The notes below the pieces were generated by a model, which worked only from the letters and a program-made list of their open reading frames with translations, was not told the origin of the DNA and ran no database searches. The translations under genes were made by a program, and so were the position numbers. Of a DNA stretch of 64,000 nt, positions 54,900 through 63,389 are shown one piece after another (the stretch's first letter is position 1; every line of letters starts with the position of its first letter). Source of the DNA: an uncultured Methanosarcinales archaeon (GTDB lineage Archaea > Nanobdellota > Nanobdellia > Woesearchaeales > GW2011-AR9). Location of the stretch: the NCBI GenBank assembly GCA_964344235.1, contig CAYFMJ010000001.1, positions 288,001 through 352,000 of the forward strand. Direction: 5' to 3'.

Positions 54900-55946
54900 G
54901 TGGAACGAGTTAATATGTTATTGAGTCAGCAAAGAATTGCGGCGAGAATTAGTGATTTGTTTACATTTTCTTCTACTGAATCAGTGCTTAATGGGTATGT
55001 AGCTCATAAAAATAGGTATTGGGTTGGCTCGGCACGGGAAGGATTGCGGCAAGTATTGTTAGGGATTCGCGGGAAGCGGGTAGGCATACCAGCGTATACG
55101 TGCCATGTTGTTCTTGATGCGGTTAGGAGAGCTGGTTGTGAGCCGGTGTTTTATGATTCTGGTGTTATTGTTTCTGTTGAGGATATTGCTACGGTTATTA
55201 AAGACGTTGATGTGCTTGTGGTGTGTTATAATTTTGGATTTGTTTCAGATGTTGATAAGATTGTAGAGTTATGTCGGGAGCATGATGTGGTAGTGGTAGA
55301 AGATTGTGCGCAAGCATTCGGTGTACATGTTGGGGGTTTTGGAGAGTATGCAGTGTATTCGTTTGGGTTAAGTAAGAATATTGGTTTCTGTGGGGGAATG
55401 GTTGCGAGTAAGGGGGGGATGGGTGAGATACATTTACCAAAGTATCCTTTGGGAAAGTTGTTATCCGTTATTGGGAAGGTTGCTGCGGCGCCGTTGTTAT
55501 TTAACAAATACGTGTATCCACTGATAAGAAGATTTTTGCAGAGAGAGTTGCATAAAGGTCAGGAATCGTTGTCGTATGCGTGTTCTCCATATGCGAAGAA
55601 CGTCGTGTTGAAGCAGATGGGGCGGTATAAAGAAGTTATGGCGTTGCGGCGGAGTAACTTTGAGCATTGTGTAAAAGAATTGCAGGGTGTTGTTGATTTC
55701 GTTTCTGCTCCCAGTTCTGGGTTATATTTTGTGTTGTTGGTTGATAATAGTGTGGAGTTGAAGAGGAAGTTGCTCGCTCGAGGAGTTGAGGTTGGTGAGA
55801 TGTATACATTCCAATGTTTTGATACAAATAAGAAGAAAGCAGCTGCTGCAGAAAAGCAAGTATTAACGTTTGCATTATATCGGCCACTTGTGGAAGTTCA
55901 GGCGATAATTGGCGCGATTAAAGGAGTTTGTGCTGATGGAAATTAG
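54900..55946 (+). CDS. Divergent DegT/DnrJ/ArnB-family PLP aminotransferase
   Basis: GSAREGL, PAYTCHVV, EDCAQAFG, YSFGLSKN. The start may be ATG 54915. Confidence 0.7.
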   Translation: MERVNMLLSQQRIAARISDLFTFSSTESVLNGYVAHKNRYWVGSAREGLRQVLLGIRGKRVGIPAYTCHVVLDAVRRAGCEPVFYDSGVIVSVEDIATVIKDVDVLVVCYNFGFVSDVDKIVELCREHDVVVVEDCAQAFGVHVGGFGEYAVYSFGLSKNIGFCGGMVASKGGMGEIHLPKYPLGKLLSVIGKVAAAPLLFNKYVYPLIRRFLQRELHKGQESLSYACSPYAKNVVLKQMGRYKEVMALRRSNFEHCVKELQGVVDFVSAPSSGLYFVLLVDNSVELKRKLLARGVEVGEMYTFQCFDTNKKKAAAAEKQVLTFALYRPLVEVQAIIGAIKGVCADGN

Positions 55947-56961
55947 AGAGATTAGTGTTGAGACGGAAGAGTATCGTGATTTTTTGAAAAGGTATGATCA
56001 TTGGTTATTTCACACATTTCATTTTAAGAAGTTTATTGAAACCGCGTTTGGTTGTGTGTATCGGTTTATTGCAGCAGTTGAGGGGGATGCTGTGAAAACA
56101 GTGTTGCCGATTGTTGAAGTAAAGAGTAGATTGTTTGGGAATAAAGTTATTTCAACAGCGTATATTGAGTATGGTGGTTTTGCAGGAGATGAAGATTTTG
56201 TTAAAGACATTTTGAAATATTTGCAGATGAACTATAAAAAAAATAATCAGTACCTGGAGATAAGAGGGAGTGCGGCATTTGATGAAATTTTGTCAAAGAA
56301 GTTGCAGAAAGCGGATTTGTATAAGCGATTTGTGTTGAAGTTAGGTGGGGTTGAAGATGTATGGAACGGTATTCAGAAGTCTAAGAGGAAAGCGATTAAG
56401 AAATCGTTGAAGGGTGTTGAAGTTAAAGAGTTGTCGGCTTCTGATGTCGGTGATTTTTACCAGTTGTATCTACGAAATATGCGAAGGTTTGGTAGTCCGC
56501 CGTATTCTAAGAACTATTTTGAAACTTTTTTTGAAGGTATTGTGGAACATAACTTGGGAAGAATATATGGGGCGTATTGCAATGGAACACTCGCTGCAGC
56601 GTTACTTGGGTTTCATTATGGTGATCGAGTACATATTTTAATTGCAGTGTCTGATCCAACATATCAGGAACATAGGCCAAATGACGCAGTGCATTGGAAG
56701 TTTATTGAATGGGCGTGTGAGAGTGGTTACACGTGGTTTGATTTTGGGAGAGTTAGAGAAGAGTCAGGACAGTTTGAATACAAACGGAAATGGGGGGGAG
56801 AATTGTTAGAGTTACCATCATACTTTGCGTTGTGGAATACGAAAAAGATTCCAATTGTTGATCCAAAGAAACATGGAATGTTAACTGAGGCGTGGAAGAA
56901 AATGCCTTTGTGGTTGACTCGGTTGATTGGTATGAAATTGAGGAAAGGACTGGGTATTTAG
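55936..56961 (+). CDS. FemAB-like GNAT acyl/aminoacyltransferase
   Basis: VLPIVEV, KRKAIKK, FDFGR, FEYKRKWG. Probable start ATG 55936. Confidence 0.8.
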   Translation: MEIREISVETEEYRDFLKRYDHWLFHTFHFKKFIETAFGCVYRFIAAVEGDAVKTVLPIVEVKSRLFGNKVISTAYIEYGGFAGDEDFVKDILKYLQMNYKKNNQYLEIRGSAAFDEILSKKLQKADLYKRFVLKLGGVEDVWNGIQKSKRKAIKKSLKGVEVKELSASDVGDFYQLYLRNMRRFGSPPYSKNYFETFFEGIVEHNLGRIYGAYCNGTLAAALLGFHYGDRVHILIAVSDPTYQEHRPNDAVHWKFIEWACESGYTWFDFGRVREESGQFEYKRKWGGELLELPSYFALWNTKKIPIVDPKKHGMLTEAWKKMPLWLTRLIGMKLRKGLGI

Positions 56962-56964
56962 TTT

Positions 56965-57702
56965 CTAATCCTTACTTCTTTTAATCCACTCTTCACAGCT
57001 AACCCATTGACAGTTAGAGCGTTTGATATAATTCTCAAAGATGCTCCATGCTTTGGTTCCGGTGTTTCTGTGAAGTGCTTTGCTAATAAGTGTGTTTGCT
57101 GCTGAGAGTTCTGTTTTTTCTAAGAATTCCCAAGGGTGGAGGTAGAACATATAGGGTTTAGGGAATAATTTGGAAACGGGATGAAATAATTTGAGGTAGG
57201 ATAAACCAGAATTTATTGTTGGGGGGATGAATGTCGTCATTGGAAATTGATATACGTTATTTTTCACAAATGGTTGCTTTGGAAGATTTTTATTTCTATA
57301 CCGTTTGGGGAAATAACGCGCAAGAGAGGCATCATACTGATAACCGTGTTGTGCTAAGAGTTCATGATGATTCTTGGTTGTAATAAATCTTGGAGCACGG
57401 AAGCCTTTACACTCAATGCCATGTTGAGCGAATGCTTCTTTGGATGTTTTGATTTCAGATAATGCATTCTCCTCGGTTAACGAGGCATGAGTATGGGAAT
57501 GTGATGCGATTTCATGTTTCTTAGCAATTTCTTTGATTTCTTTTGAGTATCTTTCCAATAAACTTGATACCACAAAGAACGTTGCTTTAATGTTATATTT
57601 ATCAAAGAGTTGGAGAAGTTTTGGCACGATGGTTGTCATGCTTTTACATTCATTACTGCCTAAATCTGGTTCCAAATCCACTGTCATGATGCGTGTTCTC
57701 AT
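56965..57702 (-). CDS. Polysaccharide deacetylase (CE4 fold)
   Basis: TVDLE, KATFFV, HEIASHSHTH, GFRAPR, YDAS, FYLHPWE. Confidence 0.88.
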   Translation of the reverse strand: MRTRIMTVDLEPDLGSNECKSMTTIVPKLLQLFDKYNIKATFFVVSSLLERYSKEIKEIAKKHEIASHSHTHASLTEENALSEIKTSKEAFAQHGIECKGFRAPRFITTKNHHELLAQHGYQYDASLARYFPKRYRNKNLPKQPFVKNNVYQFPMTTFIPPTINSGLSYLKLFHPVSKLFPKPYMFYLHPWEFLEKTELSAANTLISKALHRNTGTKAWSIFENYIKRSNCQWVSCEEWIKRSKD

Positions 57703-59570
57703 AGTAGCTCGTTAAGTTTGATATTTTTCTGTGGTAGATCTTCAGCGTCAATGAACATCCTATGCCATAGTTCAAAATTGATAAATGTGAATAGCTGTTT
57801 GCCGTATAAAAGTTTTGAGGAATTGTAATTCTGCCAGATTTTTTGAATGTGGTGATAATTGAAATAGCCACGTTTCTTTACGGATGAAAGGGTAAAGAGC
57901 TGTTCAGTGAGGTCTTTCAATTCTTCTTTATACCATCTATCAAGTGGCATGAGGAATGGATGTTTTTTGTTATTGTTTTTTGGAAGAAGTTTACTCATCG
58001 CTTGTTTTAGGATGATTTTATCTTTCTTGAACTTTGGATCGAGCGTTGTTGCGTGTTCAACTATATTGTGGTCCAAAAATGGCACACGACCTTCAATAGA
58101 GTGAGACATAGTCATTCTATCATTAATGTGAAGCACATAATTTGGTAACCATGTTTTGGAGTCGTAATAGAGCATACGGTTAATAATGGGTTTGCGACTT
58201 TTTTGCCAATGTTGTTGTAGTTGTTTGTTTTCAAGTTTTTGAAGATGTAACTGCTTCTGGTCATTATTACTGAGAATGGAAGTAAATTGTTGATATTGTT
58301 GAAGTTCTGTTTGTTTTTTTGCAAATAAATCAATGAATTTCTCTTTGCCTTTTTCTCCAATTGAGGAGGGATAGTTGAAGAGTTTGTCTAAGACCGGGAT
58401 GGGAATTGCTTTTGCAAGTGGTTGGGGAATAAATTTGAGTTTCTGTGCTTGCAACATTTTTTGGTATTGTACGTAACCGCCATAGATTTCATCAGCTCCC
58501 TCCCCGGAGAGAACAACTTTGACTTTTTTGGATGCTAATTCTGAGAGTTTGAATTGTGGAATCACAACAGGATCACCATGGGGCATGTCTAAGTGCCAGA
58601 GGATTGTTGGCAGAAGTTCTGAGATGTTGTTGTTGTTGTTGATTTCATGATGGTCTGTGTTGAAGTGGTCTGCGATAACTCTTGCTTTATGCAGTTCATC
58701 AGCTTCGCTGTTCTCAAATCCTACCGAGAACGTTTTGACGGGTTCTTGTTTAATCTGAGAAGCAAGTGCAGTAATGGCAGAGGAATCTAAACCGCCAGAG
58801 AGGTATACACCAACGGGAACATCTGCTACAAGACGTTTCTTGACAGATTCGTGTAGTAAGTCATGGACTTCCTTGGTGGCGTTATTGTTTTGTTTGATGT
58901 TTGGGAGAGGAATGTTCCAGAACTGACTGATTGTTAATCGGTTTTCTTTAAGAATCATATAATGGCCTGGGAGCAGCTTCTTGATGTTTTGGAATAATGT
59001 TTCTTCCCCTGGAATGTAACGGATATTGAGGTAATTGAATGTAGCATTCTTGTTAACCTCTCGTTTAACTTCCGAGTGTTGTAGAATAGCTTTAATTTCT
59101 GATGCGAAAAGAAATTGTTTTGTTTTAGGGTTCCAGTAATAGTATAGTGGTTTAATGCCTAACCGGTCACGAGCAAGAAACAGTGTTTTGTTTTTGGAAT
59201 CCCAGATGGCGAATGCGAATTGACCATTTAACTTTGAAACGATATCTTTTCCCCATTTACTATAACCATGTAAGATAACTTCTGTATCTGTTTTTGAATT
59301 AAATTTGTAACCCTCTTTTTCGAGGATTTTTCTGAGTTCTTTGAAGTTGTAGATCTCTCCATTAAATGTAATGTGTACTGTGTTTTCATCACTGCTCATT
59401 GGTTGTGTGCCTGCTTCAGAAAGGTCGATAATGGACAATCTTCTGTGGCCAAGACTAATGTTTTCGTCAATAAAATGTCCAGAAGCGTCAGGACCACGGT
59501 GTATTAGGGAAGAGGTCATACGCTTCGCTAGTTCAGAATCGTCCCAATTAAAGCCAATAATTCCACACAT
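57699..59570 (-). CDS. asnB: Asparagine synthetase B-like glutamine amidotransferase (probably glycan amidation)
   Basis: MCGI (Ntn Cys), HRGPD, GHRRLSIID, NGEIYN, SGGLDSS, SGEGADE, RVPFLD. Confidence 0.9.
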   Translation of the reverse strand: MCGIIGFNWDDSELAKRMTSSLIHRGPDASGHFIDENISLGHRRLSIIDLSEAGTQPMSSDENTVHITFNGEIYNFKELRKILEKEGYKFNSKTDTEVILHGYSKWGKDIVSKLNGQFAFAIWDSKNKTLFLARDRLGIKPLYYYWNPKTKQFLFASEIKAILQHSEVKREVNKNATFNYLNIRYIPGEETLFQNIKKLLPGHYMILKENRLTISQFWNIPLPNIKQNNNATKEVHDLLHESVKKRLVADVPVGVYLSGGLDSSAITALASQIKQEPVKTFSVGFENSEADELHKARVIADHFNTDHHEINNNNNISELLPTILWHLDMPHGDPVVIPQFKLSELASKKVKVVLSGEGADEIYGGYVQYQKMLQAQKLKFIPQPLAKAIPIPVLDKLFNYPSSIGEKGKEKFIDLFAKKQTELQQYQQFTSILSNNDQKQLHLQKLENKQLQQHWQKSRKPIINRMLYYDSKTWLPNYVLHINDRMTMSHSIEGRVPFLDHNIVEHATTLDPKFKKDKIILKQAMSKLLPKNNNKKHPFLMPLDRWYKEELKDLTEQLFTLSSVKKRGYFNYHHIQKIWQNYNSSKLLYGKQLFTFINFELWHRMFIDAEDLPQKNIKLNELL

Positions 59571-59572
59571 TT

Positions 59573-60520
59573 TTATTGCTTAAGTTCTCGCTTTTTCATT
59601 CGATAGAGGATATTCTCTTGCAGTTTTCTATTTCTGTCAAGCATATCTGCAATAAGTCCTAAGATGATGAAAAGAACTCCAATGATGATTAAGAAAACGT
59701 TTGCATAGACGACAATCAAGAAAGGGTCAACCCGCCCAATGATTGTCCAGCGAATGAATAGAATTAAGCTGCTTAGAAAACCTAAGCTCACCATCATTGC
59801 TCCTGGTAGGCCGAAGAATTTGAATGGTTCGTAGTCACGCATGCTTCGAATAATGATGAGTGTGACATTCAACCCGTAGGAAAAAACGTTTTTAACAACT
59901 CGCGATTTGCCTTTACGTTCTCCAATGACTTTACATGGAATCTCTACGATCCGAAAGCCTTTCTTTACTAAATCAATAAACACTTCCTGTGTGTAGGTGA
60001 ATTTGCTAAATAAAACAAGGTTAAGAGCAGCTTCCTGCGAATACGCACGAAAACCACATTGAGTGTCATAATATTTCTTTTTAAGAAACTTGTTGAGAAT
60101 ATTTGCAAATAAACGGTTGCCAAAGATTTTGATTTTAGGCATGTCTGGGATGAGCTTTTTATCTTTGAACCTGGAACAGGTAACCATGTCTGCTTTGTTT
60201 TGAATGATTGGTTGGAGAATTCTTGGGATGTCTTTAGCATCAAATTGTCCATCGGCATCAATATTAACTATGATGTCAGCACCCATTTTGAGGGCTTCAT
60301 TGATGCCGTCTTGAAACGTTATGCCTAAACCGTGATTTGTTTTGTGAGAAAGTATTCTATCTGCTCCCGCTCCTTGAGATACTTTAACGGTGTTGTCACG
60401 GGACCCGTCATTGACGACAAGTACTTCTACCTCATCTGCACAATCACGGGGAATGGATTGAATAACGTGGCCTATTGTTTTCTCTTCATTGTACGCAGGT
60501 ATCATCACAATGACTTTCAT
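59573..60520 (-). CDS. GT2 polyprenyl-phosphate glycosyltransferase with C-terminal TM helices
   Basis: IPAYNEE, VNDGSRD, NIDADGQ, DTQCGFRAY. Confidence 0.88.
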   Translation of the reverse strand: MKVIVMIPAYNEEKTIGHVIQSIPRDCADEVEVLVVNDGSRDNTVKVSQGAGADRILSHKTNHGLGITFQDGINEALKMGADIIVNIDADGQFDAKDIPRILQPIIQNKADMVTCSRFKDKKLIPDMPKIKIFGNRLFANILNKFLKKKYYDTQCGFRAYSQEAALNLVLFSKFTYTQEVFIDLVKKGFRIVEIPCKVIGERKGKSRVVKNVFSYGLNVTLIIIRSMRDYEPFKFFGLPGAMMVSLGFLSSLILFIRWTIIGRVDPFLIVVYANVFLIIIGVLFIILGLIADMLDRNRKLQENILYRMKKRELKQ

Positions 60521-60521
60521 G

Positions 60522-61520
60522 TTAGATTAGTATGGCTGCTGCAACACATACAAGCTGGAAGGCATGTAATGTGTAGACTACTTTCCTCTCTGTTGTTTTA
60601 ATGTTAAGTTTGTTGAGAATTCTTACTGTGAGGTTTTCTAACCCATAGTTTTTATTATGTCTTGGAACGAGTGTGTTGTCTTCTTTAACAATGGCAAAAC
60701 TTTCTTTCTGGAATTTCCCTCTGAGTTTGAGGAAGAATTCAATGATGTAAGGAATGAATAGGATCAGAAATGCTTTTTCCATGTTTGCAAGGATTGCAAT
60801 AATAGCAATGAGAGCACCAACACTGTACGTAAAGGTGTCTCCTGGAAAGATTTTTGCAGGATATTTGTTGAATATGAGGAATCCCAACAGAGCAAAGACC
60901 ATAATTAATGCGATCACTGAGAGCCAAGCTAGGTTGTGGATGTAACTTAGATAGCTGAGAGTGGCCAGGATAATAATTCCCTGACCAGCTTCTAGACCGT
61001 TATATCCTGCAAGCATATTAAACCCATTTGTTCCTACTGCGATGATTGTAGGGATTATAATGAGGGGGTAGAGAAGGCCAAGACTAACCTGTCCTATGAA
61101 AGGTATCGTCATAATGTTAGAACCTGCATTAATCGCCATAATAGGAGCTGCAACAAGTAGTGTTAGTAGTGGTTTTTGCCATTGTCGTAATCCAATTTTC
61201 CACCCTAGAATATCATCAATAATACCAACCATACCTGCGATGAGAATAGCTGCTAGTAAAGCGAGGATTTCCGTGATGTTGGTGTTGGCTTGCAGGAAGA
61301 AAACACGCATAGCAATATAGCCCATCACACCAATGATGAACGTGAGAAGAACGGTGATCCCTCCCATTTCAGCAACTTCTTTCGGCTGTAGCTTGTGGAT
61401 GTCTTTCCCTACCAAGTTAGCTCGTTTCGCCATCTTGATCCATGATGGGATGAATAACCAAGTGAGGATAAAAACAGCTACAAACAAGGGGATGAACTGG
61501 TTTACTATGACTGAATACAT
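60522..61520 (-). CDS. aglH: UDP-GlcNAc:polyprenyl-phosphate GlcNAc-1-phosphotransferase (AglH/Alg7, GT4-MraY family)
   Basis: VAEMGG, GIIDD, NGFNMLAGYNGLE, KIFPGDTF, IEFFLKLR. Confidence 0.85.
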   Translation of the reverse strand: MYSVIVNQFIPLFVAVFILTWLFIPSWIKMAKRANLVGKDIHKLQPKEVAEMGGITVLLTFIIGVMGYIAMRVFFLQANTNITEILALLAAILIAGMVGIIDDILGWKIGLRQWQKPLLTLLVAAPIMAINAGSNIMTIPFIGQVSLGLLYPLIIIPTIIAVGTNGFNMLAGYNGLEAGQGIIILATLSYLSYIHNLAWLSVIALIMVFALLGFLIFNKYPAKIFPGDTFTYSVGALIAIIAILANMEKAFLILFIPYIIEFFLKLRGKFQKESFAIVKEDNTLVPRHNKNYGLENLTVRILNKLNIKTTERKVVYTLHAFQLVCVAAAILI

Positions 61521-61613
61521 TCTTTTTCTCCCTGAAAGTTGTTTTAAATAGTTTTTGGATTTGGGGTCGTTTTTAAGGAAGATTTTAAAAGGGAATTGGG
61601 TTCACTACGCTTT

Positions 61614-62078
61614 ATGACTGTTTGTGAAATGTGTGGTCGTTCTGGTGCTTTATCAAACTCATTAGTTGAGGGCGTTGAGTTGAAAGTGTGTGGAAATTGT
61701 GCAAAGTATGGTAAAGCTGCTGCTCTGAGAACAGTTCCCCGGAATGGATATAAGCGATCTTTTCAACGGAAAGAGGAACCAGCGTTTCGAATTGTCCGGG
61801 GATGTGCAAATGTTTTGCGCTCTGCGCGGGAGAAACAAGGACTAAGCCAGAAAGAGTTTGCGTCTTCTATAGGGGAGCGGGAAAGTGTTGTTGCGAAATG
61901 GGAATCTGGTAGCATGAAACCCCGTGTAGGCGTTGCAAGGAGATTAGAAAAGAGGTTTGGGGTTGTGTTAGTTGAGAGTGATGAGAATAAGAACGTTAAT
62001 GTTTCTGCAGATTCTGCGAAGAAAAAGAGCGATGTGTTTACGTTAGGGGATTTTATTAAAGTGAGAAAGAGGAAGTAG
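61614..62078 (+). CDS. mbf1: Archaeal multiprotein bridging factor 1 (Zn ribbon plus HTH)
   Basis: MTVCEMCG...VCGNCAKYG, then AREKQGLSQKEFA...WESG. Start ATG 61614. Confidence 0.9.
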   Translation: MTVCEMCGRSGALSNSLVEGVELKVCGNCAKYGKAAALRTVPRNGYKRSFQRKEEPAFRIVRGCANVLRSAREKQGLSQKEFASSIGERESVVAKWESGSMKPRVGVARRLEKRFGVVLVESDENKNVNVSADSAKKKSDVFTLGDFIKVRKRK

Positions 62079-62083
62079 AGTTC

Positions 62084-62533
62084 TTAGATTAACAGTACAA
62101 TCCAATATGTGAGGAAGGCAAGTGCTATGCCACCGAGTAAATCAGTCCAATCGTGTTTTTTAAGATAAATTCTGGAGTACGTTGTAACAAGAGCAGTGAT
62201 TGTGAAGAGGACTGTTAACAGTGTGTTGTTGAAGAATTGGATAAAGAGGATTGCCATGAATACAATACGGGTGGTGTGCCAGCTTGGGAACGAAGAAGCA
62301 TCGAGTTTTTGGATGTATGTGACATGCTCATGTTTCTGTGGACGGTCTTTGAAATAGAATGTTCTGATGATGATAACAACGAGAAGGCTGAAGAAAAACC
62401 CAATTAGTAAATCAATGGCAACTGTGGTTTGATTGAAGAGGTAGAAAAGAGCGGTGATGAGAAAATAAAACGGTGCACCACCAAATGTTGTGATGTCTCG
62501 AAACATTTCATACGTTGTGTTTGTTTTTACCAT
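62084..62533 (-). CDS. PAP2-family polyprenyl-phosphate phosphatase
   Basis: FKDRP, SFPSWH, SRIYLKKHDWTD. Confidence 0.85.
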   Translation of the reverse strand: MVKTNTTYEMFRDITTFGGAPFYFLITALFYLFNQTTVAIDLLIGFFFSLLVVIIIRTFYFKDRPQKHEHVTYIQKLDASSFPSWHTTRIVFMAILFIQFFNNTLLTVLFTITALVTTYSRIYLKKHDWTDLLGGIALAFLTYWIVLLI

Positions 62534-62534
62534 G

Positions 62535-63389
62535 TTACATATAGATTAGTGTTGCTGTTGTGATAATCCAGAGAAGCGTACCAATAAGTATTGGTTTGTC
62601 TTTAATAATTGTTTCGGGTTTGTACACTATTTCAAAACCCTCTTTTAGGAGAGCGTAGGTACGGAATATTGTAAAGAGTGCGAAGGGAAGAGTGTAAAGC
62701 AAATTGTTGAATGGGCTGAGGAATGAGTATAATGTGTATGACAGGATGAGCAGAGTAATGGAAACAGTCATTAGTGTGTTTGTTAATTCGCTTGTGTATT
62801 CTTTGAGAACTTCTTTTGTATGTGTTGCTTTCTCTTTTAGCTTCGTAACGTCAGTATGTCTCTTGCTTACGGACAGGAATAATGAGAGGAAGAACGGTAC
62901 GAGAACTAGCCAGGGGGATATGACAACATCAATAGCAAATGCACCGGCAATCGCTCGAATCACAAAGAGCGTGGCAATGGTTATAACATCAGCAAGGAAG
63001 ATTTTTTTGAGAAAAAATGTGTATAACTGGGTTAGCAAAAAGAGTGTGAATGCTGCGTAGAGGAAGTATGGAGTAATGGTCCAGGCAATAAACAAGCCAA
63101 TTGCTAGTAAGAATGTTAAGAGGATAATGGCACTTCCTGTTTTGATTGTTCCAGCAGCAAGTGGTCGATATTTCTTAATTGGATGTAAGCGATCTTTTGC
63201 AACGTCACGTAGGTCGTTGATAATATATCCGGCGCTTGAGATGAATGATAATGAAATGAACGCAAGAAGAGTTGTGACAAGAAACTCGGTGTTAAGAATA
63301 TTTGCTGAGAAAAAAATAGCGAGAAAGACAACGAGGTTTTTGTACCATTGTTGTACACGGATGAGTTTAATGTAATTTTGAAATGTCAT
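62535..63389 (-). CDS. UbiA-family protein, decaprenyl-phosphate phosphoribosyltransferase-like
   Basis: LIRVQQWYKN, YIINDLRDVAKDRLHPIKKYRPLAAG, ADVITIA, RAIAGA, SKR. Confidence 0.8.
   Translation of the reverse strand: MTFQNYIKLIRVQQWYKNLVVFLAIFFSANILNTEFLVTTLLAFISLSFISSAGYIINDLRDVAKDRLHPIKKYRPLAAGTIKTGSAIILLTFLLAIGLFIAWTITPYFLYAAFTLFLLTQLYTFFLKKIFLADVITIATLFVIRAIAGAFAIDVVISPWLVLVPFFLSLFLSVSKRHTDVTKLKEKATHTKEVLKEYTSELTNTLMTVSITLLILSYTLYSFLSPFNNLLYTLPFALFTIFRTYALLKEGFEIVYKPETIIKDKPILIGTLLWIITTATLIYM

Noticed and set aside
60522-61520. MraY / peptidoglycan synthesis (together with the FemAB genes)
   Set aside because: The motifs (NMLAGYNGLE, IFPGD) match the AglH/Alg7 branch, no Mur ligases are present, and the markers are archaeal.
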